Positions 29,920-39,566 of a stretch of 64,000 nucleotides of DNA are shown here, piece by piece. The stretch spans positions 96,001 to 160,000 of the forward strand of contig CAVSGM010000001.1 of assembly GCA_963727485.1 (NCBI GenBank), in the 5' to 3' direction. The position numbers were made by a program, and so were the translations under genes. The notes below the pieces were generated by a model. That model saw nothing but the letters and a program-made list of their open reading frames with translations. It ran no database searches and had not been told where the DNA came from. Position 1 is the first letter of the stretch. The number at the start of each line of letters is the position of its first letter. The DNA comes from an uncultured delta proteobacterium. GTDB lineage: Bacteria; Myxococcota; Myxococcia; SLRQ01.

Positions 29920-31167
29920 ATGCGCGGACCCAAGCTCTTCCAGATCGCCTGGCGCAACCTGTGGCGCAACAAGCGCCGGACGGCGCTCACCCTCCTGGCC
30001 ATCGCCTTCGGCGGGAGCCTCTCGGTGCTGGTGACGGCGATGGAGGACAAGAGCTTCGGCGACTTCATCGACACCGCCGCGCGTCTCGGCGGCGGCCACG
30101 TGACCCTGGAGAACCCCGCCTACGCCGACGCCCCCACCTTCGCCAACGGCCTGAAGGGCACCGACCGGGCGATGGCGGTGGCCCGGAAGGACCCCCTGGT
30201 GGCCCACGTGGTCCAGCGGGTCAGCGGCCAGGCGATGATCTCCACCGCCCGGGAGAGCCTGGGGGTGATGTTCATCGCCTACGATCCGGCCACCGAGTCC
30301 CCGAAGACCTTCTCGCTCCTCGACGGGAAGGTGACGGGCCGGTGGCTGAAGCCCGGCGACACCCAGGCGACGGTGCTGGGCAGCCGGCTGGCCCACAACC
30401 TCGACGTGGGGCTCGGGGACAAGGTCGTCTACACCCTCACCGACGCCCACGGGCAGATCGTCACCGCCCTGGCCCGGGTCGCGGGGATCGTCCACACCGG
30501 CACCCCCAGCCTCGACGCCGGCCTGGCGCTGCTGCCCCTCGGGGCCGCCCAGACCCTCCTCGGCTACGGCCCGGACGAGGCGACGCTGGTGGCGGTCTTC
30601 CTCCGGGACGCCCGGCGGGCCCCGGTGGTGGCCGGCCGGCTGGGCCGGGCCCTCGGCCCCTCGGTGGCCTCGCTCACCTGGGACGAGGTGCGCCCCGAGC
30701 TCCGGGCGATGATCGCCATGAAGGTCGGCGGCGCCCGGTTCATGGAGGTGCTGGTGATGCTCCTGGTCGCCGCCGGGATCTTCAACACCCTCTTCGTCTC
30801 GGTGACCGAGCGGATGCGCGAGTTCGGGATCCTGCTGGCCATCGGCTACCAGCCCTTCCAGGTGTTCCGGATGGTGGTGTGGGAGAGCCTGTGGCTGGGG
30901 CTCACCGGCCTGGTGGTGGGCACCGCGCTCACCGCCTGGCCCTACTGGCACCTCCACACCGTGGGGGTGGACATGTCGAAGGCCATGGGCGGGGCGAGCA
31001 CCGAGGTGGGCGGGGTCGGCTTCAACCCGATCCTCCACTTCGCCATCTACCCCGAGCACCTGGCCCTGATCCTGGTGGCCGTCATCGGCGCCACCCTCCT
31101 CGCCGGGCTCTACCCGGCCTGGCGCGCCGGGCGCGTGGACCCGGTCGACGTCATCAAGCTGGTGTGA
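29920..31167 (+). CDS. ABC transporter permease, LolC/E-MacB/FtsX type (second paralog)
   Basis: AWRNLWRNKRRT, ERMREFGILLAIG, YPAWRAGRVDPV. Confidence 0.9.
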   Translation: MRGPKLFQIAWRNLWRNKRRTALTLLAIAFGGSLSVLVTAMEDKSFGDFIDTAARLGGGHVTLENPAYADAPTFANGLKGTDRAMAVARKDPLVAHVVQRVSGQAMISTARESLGVMFIAYDPATESPKTFSLLDGKVTGRWLKPGDTQATVLGSRLAHNLDVGLGDKVVYTLTDAHGQIVTALARVAGIVHTGTPSLDAGLALLPLGAAQTLLGYGPDEATLVAVFLRDARRAPVVAGRLGRALGPSVASLTWDEVRPELRAMIAMKVGGARFMEVLVMLLVAAGIFNTLFVSVTERMREFGILLAIGYQPFQVFRMVVWESLWLGLTGLVVGTALTAWPYWHLHTVGVDMSKAMGGASTEVGGVGFNPILHFAIYPEHLALILVAVIGATLLAGLYPAWRAGRVDPVDVIKLV

Positions 31168-31175
31168 GGTCCGCC

Positions 31176-31868
31176 ATGAACGAGAACGCGATCCTGTCGC
31201 TGAAGGGCGTCACCAAGGTCTACCGCCAGGGGAAGGTCGACGTCCCCGCCCTCCGGGGCTTCGACCTCGAGGTGGGCAAGGGCGAGTTCCTCGCCCTCTC
31301 CGGGCCCTCGGGCTCCGGGAAGACCACCGCACTGAACCTCATCGGCGGCCTCGACCGGCCCACCTCGGGGACGGTGACCCTCGAGGGCCAGGACCTGGCG
31401 AGGCTCTCCCGACCGAAGCTCTCGCGCCTGCGCCGGGACCGGGTGGGCTTCGTGTTCCAGGCCTACAACCTCATCCCGGTGCTCACCGCCTACGAGAACG
31501 CCGAGTCGGTCCTGGCCCTCCAGGGGGCGCCGGTGGCCGAGCGGCGGCGGAAGGTCATGGCGCTCCTGGACGAGGTGGGCCTCGAGGGGATGGCGACCCG
31601 GCGCCCCGACGCCCTCTCCGGGGGCCAGCAGCAGCGGGTGGCCATCGTCCGGGCCATCGTCGCCGAGCCGGCGGTGGTGCTGGCCGACGAGCCCACCGCC
31701 AACGTCGACTCGGAGACCGCCGAGCGCCTGCTGGCGATCATGGAGCGCCTCAACCGGGAGCGTAAGGTCACCTTCATATTCTCCACCCACAATCCGAGGG
31801 TGATGGAGCGGGCCCACCGGGTGGTCCGGATGGTGGACGGAAGGGTGTCAGAGGACGTTCGGCGCTAG
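31176..31868 (+). CDS. ABC transporter ATP-binding protein (LolD-like)
   Basis: Walker A GPSGSGKT, GFVFQAYNL, LSGGQQQRV, LADEPTANVD, STH. Confidence 0.93.
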   Translation: MNENAILSLKGVTKVYRQGKVDVPALRGFDLEVGKGEFLALSGPSGSGKTTALNLIGGLDRPTSGTVTLEGQDLARLSRPKLSRLRRDRVGFVFQAYNLIPVLTAYENAESVLALQGAPVAERRRKVMALLDEVGLEGMATRRPDALSGGQQQRVAIVRAIVAEPAVVLADEPTANVDSETAERLLAIMERLNRERKVTFIFSTHNPRVMERAHRVVRMVDGRVSEDVRR

Positions 31869-32032
31869 CGTCGCCGGCCGCCGGGTCCATGGTTTCCCCC
31901 GCCGGTCCTTGACGCCGGCCGGGGGACCGGTGTTCCTACAGCGTGAATGGCGCGTGCGCGGGCTGCGTACCAGCCGACACTCCCCGTCGGCCGCAGCGGC
32001 CCCGGGCGCGTGGAAACGGAGCGAGCGGCGTG

Positions 32033-33430
32033 ATGAAAAGGACAGCACGATTTTCCAGGGTCGGTGTCTTCTGTCTCACGATGCTTCTCGCCGGACCGGC
32101 GGCAGCCCAGTCGGTCCCGGGGGGCACCACCGCGGCGTCGGGCGGCGGGGGCACCACCGGGACCGCTGAGGCGAATGCCTACGCCAAGGGGGCCAAGCTC
32201 ACCCTCGAGCAGTGCCTCAAGGCGGCCCTCGCGGGCTCCCGGCAGCTCAAGACCGCCGACCAGCGCCTGCGCAAGGCGGCGGTGGACATCAAGCAGGCCT
32301 GGACCGCCTTCCAGCCCCGGGCGAGCATCAGCGGCACCCTGACCCGGAACTACAAGGAGGTCAGCTTCGGCACCACGGTGATCACGCCCCTGTGGCAGAC
32401 CAACGCCGGGGCCAACGTCACCTGGAACCTCTTCGACGGCCGGGCCATCCCCGGGCTCCAGGCGGTCTACGCCCTCCACCGGGCCCAGGACCTCACCAAC
32501 CAGCAGCTGCGCACCGACGTCCTCTACGGGGTGGCCACGTCCTTCTACAGCGCCAGCGCCCTGGTGGAGAACGTGCAGGTCGCCCGGCGCCAGGTCCACG
32601 ACAACAAGAGCCACCTCACCGCCACCCAGGCCAAGTACAAGGTGGGCGAGGTGAGCAAGGTCGACCTGCTCCGGGCGGAGATCGACGTCCAGACCGCCGA
32701 GGAGGATCTCACCGCCGCCGAGGCGGGGCTGGCCTCGGCGAAGCTGGCCCTCGCCACCCTCATCGGCCGCCCCGCGGACGCCGGCGACTTCGAGCTGGTG
32801 CCCCCCAAGACCCCGGACCTGAACACCCCGGAGGCCCAGGCCGCGGTGAAGAAGGCCCTGGCCGATCGCCCCGACCTCGAGGCCGCCGCCCTCCAGCTCG
32901 ACGCGGCCAAGCAGCAGGTCACCGCCGCCTGGCTGGAGTTCCTCCCCACCCTGGGGCTCAACTGGCGGGGGGCCCTCAACCAGAAGGTCACCACCTTCAA
33001 CCCCGACCGCTTCACCTGGCAGGCCGCGCTCACCCTGACCATCCCGATCTATGACGGCGGGCAGCGCTACGTGGACATCCAGAACGCCGAGATCCAGGCC
33101 TCCGAGGCCAGGCTGTCCCGGGACGACCTCTCCGACGAGATCCGCAAGCAGGTCCTCCAGGCCCGCCTCGACATGCGCACCTCCGCCGCCAACCTCCAGA
33201 AGGCCCAGGCCACCGCCAAGCTCTCCAACGAGAACGCCGACCTGGTCCAGGCCCGCTTCGACGCCGGGCTGGCCACCTCCCTGGACGTCACCGACGCCAG
33301 CACCCAGCGCTTCCAGTCGAACGTCGACGTCATCCGCCAGCGGCTCAACCTCGACGTCTCGATGCTGGCGCTGGCCCGGTCCATGGGAATCTTCGACAAG
33401 GTCGCCGGGGTTCCCGGAGCGGGAGACTGA
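32033..33430 (+). CDS. TolC-family outer membrane efflux protein
   Basis: Signal peptide, LTLEQCLKAAL, two OEP repeats (WNLFDG / IPIYDGG; YKVGEVSKVDLL / RFDAGLATSLDV). Confidence 0.88.
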   Translation: MKRTARFSRVGVFCLTMLLAGPAAAQSVPGGTTAASGGGGTTGTAEANAYAKGAKLTLEQCLKAALAGSRQLKTADQRLRKAAVDIKQAWTAFQPRASISGTLTRNYKEVSFGTTVITPLWQTNAGANVTWNLFDGRAIPGLQAVYALHRAQDLTNQQLRTDVLYGVATSFYSASALVENVQVARRQVHDNKSHLTATQAKYKVGEVSKVDLLRAEIDVQTAEEDLTAAEAGLASAKLALATLIGRPADAGDFELVPPKTPDLNTPEAQAAVKKALADRPDLEAAALQLDAAKQQVTAAWLEFLPTLGLNWRGALNQKVTTFNPDRFTWQAALTLTIPIYDGGQRYVDIQNAEIQASEARLSRDDLSDEIRKQVLQARLDMRTSAANLQKAQATAKLSNENADLVQARFDAGLATSLDVTDASTQRFQSNVDVIRQRLNLDVSMLALARSMGIFDKVAGVPGAGD

Positions 33431-33437
33431 TCACTCG

Positions 33438-34085
33438 ATGCTGACGCACCTGCTCCTCCAGTTCACCCTCCTCGGCGCCGGGTGGGTCCTCTGGCTCCTC
33501 GCCGCCCTCTCGTTGGTCTCCTTCGCGGTGATGATCGAGCGGGGGATCTACTTCGGGAGCCGGCGGGGCAAGGCCAGCCCCGCCCTCATCGCCGCCCTGC
33601 GCCGGGACGACCGGGACGGGGCCCGCAAGGCCCTGGGCGACAAGCGGGGCCTGGTGGCCGACGTGGTCGAGGCGGGCCTGGAGCACGCCGACGCCGGGCC
33701 CGAGGCGGTCACCGAGGTCATCGCCGGGGAGCTGGCGAGGTCCAAGGCCGGCTACGACCGGGGCCTGGTGATCCTGGGGACCCTGGGGAACAACGCCCCG
33801 TTCATCGGCCTCTTCGGCACGGTGCTCGGGGTCATCCGGGCGTTCGCCGACCTCGCCGCCGCCAGCGGCAAGGGGGGCTCGGCGGTGGTGATGGCCGGGA
33901 TCGCCGACGCGTTGGTGGCCACGGCGGTGGGGCTCTTCGTGGCCCTGCCGGCGGTGGTCGCGTTCAACGCCTACGGCCGCTGGCTCAAGCGGCTCTCCGC
34001 CGACGCCAACGCCGCCGGCCACGCCCTCCTCGCCGGGCTCAAGCGCCGGGACGACGCCGGGGAGCCGGTGCGCAAGGTGGTCTGA
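33438..34085 (+). CDS. exbB: MotA/TolQ/ExbB proton channel
   Basis: LGTLGNNAPFIGLFGTVLGVIRAF, GIADALVATAVGLFVALPA. Confidence 0.9.
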   Translation: MLTHLLLQFTLLGAGWVLWLLAALSLVSFAVMIERGIYFGSRRGKASPALIAALRRDDRDGARKALGDKRGLVADVVEAGLEHADAGPEAVTEVIAGELARSKAGYDRGLVILGTLGNNAPFIGLFGTVLGVIRAFADLAAASGKGGSAVVMAGIADALVATAVGLFVALPAVVAFNAYGRWLKRLSADANAAGHALLAGLKRRDDAGEPVRKVV

Positions 34086-34546
34086 TGGCCGGCGGCACCT
34101 TCGACTCCGACGACGACGAGATGATCAGCGGCATCAACGTGACGCCGCTGGTCGACGTCACCCTGGTGCTCCTCATCATCTTCATGGTCACGGCCACCTA
34201 CATCGTGCGGGAGACCATCCAGGTGGACCTCCCGGAGGCGGCCCACGCCGGGGAGACGGTCCAGACCACCCTGACCCTCACCCTCGACCAGGACGGCAAG
34301 CTCTACCTCAACGGCCAGCCCTCGGACGACGCCGACATGAAGCGGACCATCCCGGCGCTCCTCGCCAAGGCCAAGGCCAGCGGGGACAAGCTCCAGGCGA
34401 TCATCTCCGCGGACAAGCGGGTGACCCACGGGGCGGTGGTCCACGTCATCGACGTGGCCAAGGGCCTGGGGGTGAGCCGGTTTGCCATCAACATCCAGAA
34501 GGAGACGGTCCCCGCCGGCGACGCGGCCGGTGCCGGAGGCGGCTGA
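34085..34546 (+). CDS. exbD: ExbD/TolR family protein
   Basis: INVTPLVDVTLVLLIIFMV, VDLP, ADK; TGATG coupling to exbB. Confidence 0.92.
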   Translation: MAGGTFDSDDDEMISGINVTPLVDVTLVLLIIFMVTATYIVRETIQVDLPEAAHAGETVQTTLTLTLDQDGKLYLNGQPSDDADMKRTIPALLAKAKASGDKLQAIISADKRVTHGAVVHVIDVAKGLGVSRFAINIQKETVPAGDAAGAGGG

Positions 34547-35304
34547 TGACCCGGGCGGGCCGGGCGGTCGCCGGCGTCGCCGGCTCGGTGGCGGTGCATG
34601 GGGGCCTGGTCCTGGCGCTCCTGGTGCTCGCCGCCCACGCGCCGCCGCCGCCGAAGAAGGACCGGGTGGTCGAGCTCACGGTGGTCGCCACCCCGCCGCC
34701 CAAGCCCGTGCCCCCGCCCCCGCCGCCGCCCAAGCCGAAGCCGAGGCGGGTCCAGCCGGCGCGCCTCCACACCCGGCCGCCTCCGCGTCCCCGAAAGGCG
34801 CCGAAGACCCCGCCGCCGCCCCCGCCGTCGAACGCCCCGCCGCCCAAGGACCCTCCGAAGCAGCCGGTGCCGCTCATCACCGGCATCTCCATGAGCTCCA
34901 CGGTGGGCCCGGGTCAGAGCGACATGAAGGTCGGCGTGGGCAACACGGTCTACGGCACCCCGGGGAAGGTCGCCGCGGATCCGTCCAAGGTCCAGGGGTA
35001 CCAGGGGAGCGAGCACTACGTGCCCCCGACCCAGGTGGCGACCCTCCCGGAGGTCGCCCACGAGGTGAAGGCCACCTACCCGCCCGCGGCGCGGCAGGCG
35101 GGGATCGAGGGGCAGGTCCGCCTCAAGCTGCGGATCTCCGCCGAGGGGAAGGTGGTCTCGGTGAAGGTGCTCTCGGGCCTCGGTCACGGCCTCGACGCCG
35201 CGGCGGCCCGGGCGATGAAGCGCTTCCGGTTCAAGCCGGCGACGATGAACGGGGCCGCGGTGAGCACCGACATCATCTACGTCTACACCTTCGTGCTCGA
35301 CTGA
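34546..35304 (+). CDS. tonB: TonB family energy transducer
   Basis: N-terminal TM with SxxxH, Pro-rich linker, C-terminal YPPAARQAGIEGQV..LDAAA..RFRFKPA. Confidence 0.9.
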   Translation: MTRAGRAVAGVAGSVAVHGGLVLALLVLAAHAPPPPKKDRVVELTVVATPPPKPVPPPPPPPKPKPRRVQPARLHTRPPPRPRKAPKTPPPPPPSNAPPPKDPPKQPVPLITGISMSSTVGPGQSDMKVGVGNTVYGTPGKVAADPSKVQGYQGSEHYVPPTQVATLPEVAHEVKATYPPAARQAGIEGQVRLKLRISAEGKVVSVKVLSGLGHGLDAAAARAMKRFRFKPATMNGAAVSTDIIYVYTFVLD

Positions 35305-35936
35305 TCCGGCGCCGGGGGGTCGCCGTCCGGGGGCGCGGGCCACGGCTCCAGGCGGCGGATGAGCCAGCCGGCGGGCACCGGCTCCAGGTGGTAGCGGTGG
35401 GGGCGCTCGGGGTCGTCCCACCGGCTCTCGCGGACCACCCGGTAGAAGGCGCCCTCGATCTCCAGGGTGGTGGTCTCGTGCCAGTCCCGGGGGGTGCCGG
35501 TGTCGATCTCCAGGCCGGTGTCGGTGCGGACCAAACGGTCGGGGGCGAGGCGCCGGGCGCGGAGGCGGCGGTGGCCGTGGCGGGCGCCGAAGCCCAGGGC
35601 CCAGATCGCCCAGAAGGGCACGCTGCCCACCACGCGGCCGGTGAGCACGCCCCCGAAGCGGAAGGCCCCCTCGAGGCCGACGGCGCCGCAGACCAGCACC
35701 CAGGGATCGCGCAGGCCCTCGAGGGCGTGGACCCCGGCGAGGATGGTCACGTAGAAGAGGACCGCGAAGCCGAGGCCCGCCTCGGCGAGGGAGGTGACCA
35801 CGGCGCCGGGGAGGAGGTGGTGGTCGGGATGGTTGCTCGTGGCCTCGCGCCAGGGGCGGGGGAGCAGGGAGACCACGCAGGCGGTGGGGAGGTAGGCGAG
35901 GCCGTGGGCGACGCGGGCCGGCCGGGGGGCGCGCAT
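35283..35936 (-). CDS. Hypothetical membrane protein
   Basis: ATG 35936 within ORF 35283..36137; about three hydrophobic segments plus a soluble C-terminal domain; TACCCT -10 box 7 nt upstream. Confidence 0.55.
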   Translation of the reverse strand: MRAPRPARVAHGLAYLPTACVVSLLPRPWREATSNHPDHHLLPGAVVTSLAEAGLGFAVLFYVTILAGVHALEGLRDPWVLVCGAVGLEGAFRFGGVLTGRVVGSVPFWAIWALGFGARHGHRRLRARRLAPDRLVRTDTGLEIDTGTPRDWHETTTLEIEGAFYRVVRESRWDDPERPHRYHLEPVPAGWLIRRLEPWPAPPDGDPPAPDQSSTKV

Positions 35937-36004
35937 GGGCTTCAGGGTACCACCCAAGGCAACCTCCGGCGGACTCTGGGTTATGATCCGCCCTTCCGCC
36001 GGCC

Positions 36005-37120
36005 ATGATTCGTCCCCTCGTTCCCCCTTGGCCCTCGCCGCCCTGGCGCTTCTCGGCGCCGCCGGCTGCGCCACCCTCCCCCCGCGGCCCCCGCGCCCGG
36101 CCGACTGGGTGAGCCACCGGGTCTGCGGCCCGGACACCCGGCCGGGCCACGGCGAGCGCTACTGCATCGAGGTGGTGTCGCTGGGGGCGCGGCCGGCCGG
36201 CCCGGTGCGCGGGGTGGCGCTGCTGGTGCCGGGGATGTTCCAGAACGGCCGGGTCTACGACCTGCTGCCCGCCAAGGGCATCTCCTACGCCCGGGAGCTG
36301 GTGCGCCACGGCCTCCGGGTGTTCATCGTCAGCGTCCGGGGCATCGGCCGCTCGGACCTGCCCCCGGGCTCGGACCTCGACGACGTGGTCATCGACGATC
36401 TGCCCCGGGCGATCCACTGGGTCCATGCGCGGACCGGGCAGAAGGTCATCGTCATCGGCCACTCCCAGGGGTCGATGACCCTCCAGGCGTCGCTCGCCGG
36501 GCTGACCCGGTGCCCCGGCGGGCCCTGCTTCGACCGGTCGGTGGCGGCCAGGCGCCAGGCGGAGGTGCGGGCGATGGGCCTCTACGCCGGCAACGTGGCG
36601 CTCACCGGCGTCGATCCCCGGGTCAAGGCGGCGGCCTTCGCCACCGTCGCTCCTCCGGATGCCCCTCGAGCTGTTCGTGGACAAGCTCCCGGCGCGGTCC
36701 ATGGCCATGCGGGGCCCTGGCGACCGTCGGCGCTGTGGCCTTCGACCACCTGCTCTACGAGGCGAAGGACACGCCGCGCGGCGGTGCAGGCGGCCCTGGT
36801 CTCCCGGACCCTCGACGCCACCACCGCGGGCATCGGGCTCCAGCTCACCAGCCGGGGTCCTCGACGGGGACACCGACTCGGCGGGGGTGCCCTGGCGCAC
36901 GGCGCTGAAGAACATCCAGGTGCCGGTGGTGATGGAGACCTTCGGCGACGACGGGCTCTCCAAGCCGCTGGCCACCTGGACCGGCGACTTCCGGTGGATC
37001 GGGTCGAAGCACAAGGTGTTCCTGCGGATGAAGGGCCTGGCCCACGAGGACGTGTTCCTCCGGCGCTCGCTCATCCGCGACCAGTGGATGTTCATCGAGG
37101 ACCTCATCGCCGGCCGGTGA
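36005..37120 (+). pseudogene. Alpha/beta hydrolase lipoprotein with several frameshifts (pseudogene or sequencing errors)
   Basis: GAAGC lipobox, VPGMFQN, RGIGRSD, GHSQG elbow, LAHED catalytic His. The plausible protein hops frames near 36025, 36655, 36715, 36780 and 36850. Confidence 0.65.
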
Positions 37121-38401
37121 GGAACCAGGTCTCCATGGGCCCCTTGCCCTTGACGTCGATGGTGCCCCGGGCTTCGAAGGTGAACCGGTCCTTCAGCCGC
37201 GCGTGGACGGCGCGGCTCACCTGGATCCGCCCGGGCGCGCCGTGGGACTCCATGCGGCTGGCGGTGTTCACCGCGTCGCCCCAGAGATCGTAGGCGAACT
37301 TGCGCTGGCCGATGACCCCGGCGACCACCGGCCCGGTGTGCAGGCCGATGCGCAGGGCGATCCGCTCGGGGCCCGGGGGCAGGGCCTCGATGGACTGCAG
37401 CATGTCGAGGGCCATCCGGGCCACCGCTTCCACGTGGTCGGGCCGCGCTTCGGGGACTCCGCAGGCCACCATGTAGGCGTCGCCGATGGTCTTGATCTTC
37501 TCCAGGCCGTGGGTGTCGGCCAGGGCGTCGAAGCAGCTGAACACCGCGTCCAGGAGGGCCACCAGCTCCGGCGCCGGGAGCCGGTCGGCGAGCTCGGTGA
37601 ACCGGACGATGTCGGCGAAGAGGACGGTGGCCTCGGGGAAGCGCTCGGCGATGGACCCGGGGCGGCGCTTGAGCCGCTCGGCGATGGGGGCGGGGAGGAC
37701 GTTGAGGAGCAGCCGCTCCGAGCGGGCGTGCTCGGCCCCCAGCTCGCCCTCGAGCCGGGCATTCTCCCGGAAGGACCAGAAGCCGAAGCCGAGGATGACC
37801 AGGAACAGGCCCACCTGGTCGAGCCGGGAGATGTTCCCCAGGGCCACCGGGTCGACCCCCGCCGGGGCGGCCGGCCGGGCGAGCTCCAGGGCCACCAGCG
37901 AGGCGAGGCTCAGGCCGAGAAGACCCAGGCCCAGCGGCGCTCCTCCGGGGCGAAGACCACCCAGGAGCCGGCCATGATCGGCAGGAGGTAGAGCTGCATC
38001 CCCGAGGCGGTGCCGGAGACCCAGGAGGCGGCCGTCAGCCCGACGAGGGCCGCGCCGCCGAACCAGCACTTCGCCGCCAGGCGCCGCCCGAGGGTGTTGA
38101 GGACCGGGCCGCCGAGGAGCGCCACGCCCTGGGCCGTGGCCACGAGGATGAAGGTGCGGCCGAGGCTCCGCGCCAGGACCGCCATCCCGAAGGAGTAGGC
38201 GGCGACGAAGAGGCTCATCACGTTCACCACCGAGGCGTACTTCCGCTCGCGGGCGGAGGCGCCGGGGCCCGCGCCCAGCCCGGCGATCGAGGCGAGGACC
38301 CGTGCCGCCCGGCCCGCGGAGGGCGCCCGTGACGCCTCCGGGAACGCGGGCATGGCGTCGGCGACGTCGGCTGCCGGGGGATCGAGGGCGCTTCGGGCCA
38401 C
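37104..38401 (-). CDS. Membrane-bound class III adenylate cyclase; frameshift near 37920
   Basis: SERLLLNVLP, VLFADIV, EKIKTIGDAYM, YDLWGDAVNTASRMES (Lys/Asp indicate ATP specificity). The multi-TM N-terminus is in the frame of ORF 37910..39760. Confidence 0.85.
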
Positions 38402-38485
38402 GTTGCCAGTGTAGCCGAGAGTGGGGCGGCGGGGTGGGCCCGGGCGATCGTGGCTCCGCCTGGGGACCGTTCCTAGGCTTCGCCC

Positions 38486-39520
38486 ATGAAGGCCTACCGA
38501 ATGCTGGAGTGGGAGAAGCCCCCGCAGCTCCTGGACGTCCCCATCCCCGAGCCCGACGCCGGGCAGGTGCGCCTCCGGGTGGGCGCCTCGGGCGCCTGCC
38601 ACTCGGACCTCCACCTCATGGACTGGCCCGAGGGGACGGTGGGCTTCAAGCTCCCCTTCACCCTGGGCCACGAGGTCGCCGGCTGGGTCGACAAGCTCGG
38701 ACCCGGTGCCCACGGCTTCGAGGTGGGGGACAAGGTCGCGGTGCACGGGCCCTGGGGCTGCGGGCGCTGCGCCCGGTGCCGCCGCGGCGAGGAGAACTAC
38801 TGCGCCCGGGCGGCTGAGCGCGCTGCGGCCGGGGTGGGCCTCGGCGTCGACGGCGGGATGGCCGAGTACCTGCTGGTGCCCTCGACGCGGCACCTGGTGC
38901 CCATCGGCCGCCTCGACCCCACCGAGGCGGCGCCCCTCACCGACGCCGGGCTGACCAGCTACCACGCGGTGGCGCGCTCCCGGTCGCGGCTGGGGCCCGG
39001 GCAGACCGCGGTGGTCATCGGCGCCGGGGGCCTGGGGCACATGGCCATCCAGATCCTCCGGGCGCTCACCCCGGCGTTCGTGGTGGCCCTCGACCGCGAC
39101 GACCTCCAGCTGGCCCTGGCCCGGGAGGTCGGGGCGCACCTGGCGGTGAACGTGAAGGACGCCGGCGACGACCCGGCGACCACGATCCTCGAGGGGCATC
39201 GGGCGGCGGTGGTCCTGGACTTCGTGGGCTCGAAGGACACCCTGGCGCTCGCGGCGAAGCTGGTGGACACCCTGGGCCACCTGACGATCGTCGGCCTCGG
39301 CGGCGGCACCTTGGAGGTGGGCTTCTTCGCGCTCCCCTACGAGGTGAGCGTCGCCACCACCTACTGGGGGAGCGTGCCCGAGCTGATGGAGGTCATGGCC
39401 CTCGCCGAGAGCGGGCGGATCCAGAGCCACGTGGAGCGCTTCTCCCTGGAGCAGGTGGACGAGGCCTACCGGCGCCTGCGCGAGGGGACGCTCCGGGGCC
39501 GCGCGGTGATCGTGCCCTGA
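38486..39520 (+). CDS. Zn-dependent NAD(P) alcohol dehydrogenase
   Basis: CHSD, GHE, CGRCARC..ENYC structural Zn site, GAGGLG. Confidence 0.93.
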   Translation: MKAYRMLEWEKPPQLLDVPIPEPDAGQVRLRVGASGACHSDLHLMDWPEGTVGFKLPFTLGHEVAGWVDKLGPGAHGFEVGDKVAVHGPWGCGRCARCRRGEENYCARAAERAAAGVGLGVDGGMAEYLLVPSTRHLVPIGRLDPTEAAPLTDAGLTSYHAVARSRSRLGPGQTAVVIGAGGLGHMAIQILRALTPAFVVALDRDDLQLALAREVGAHLAVNVKDAGDDPATTILEGHRAAVVLDFVGSKDTLALAAKLVDTLGHLTIVGLGGGTLEVGFFALPYEVSVATTYWGSVPELMEVMALAESGRIQSHVERFSLEQVDEAYRRLREGTLRGRAVIVP

Positions 39521-39566
39521 CACAAGACCGTCGACGATCCGGGGTACGGAAAGGTAGGATGGCCGG

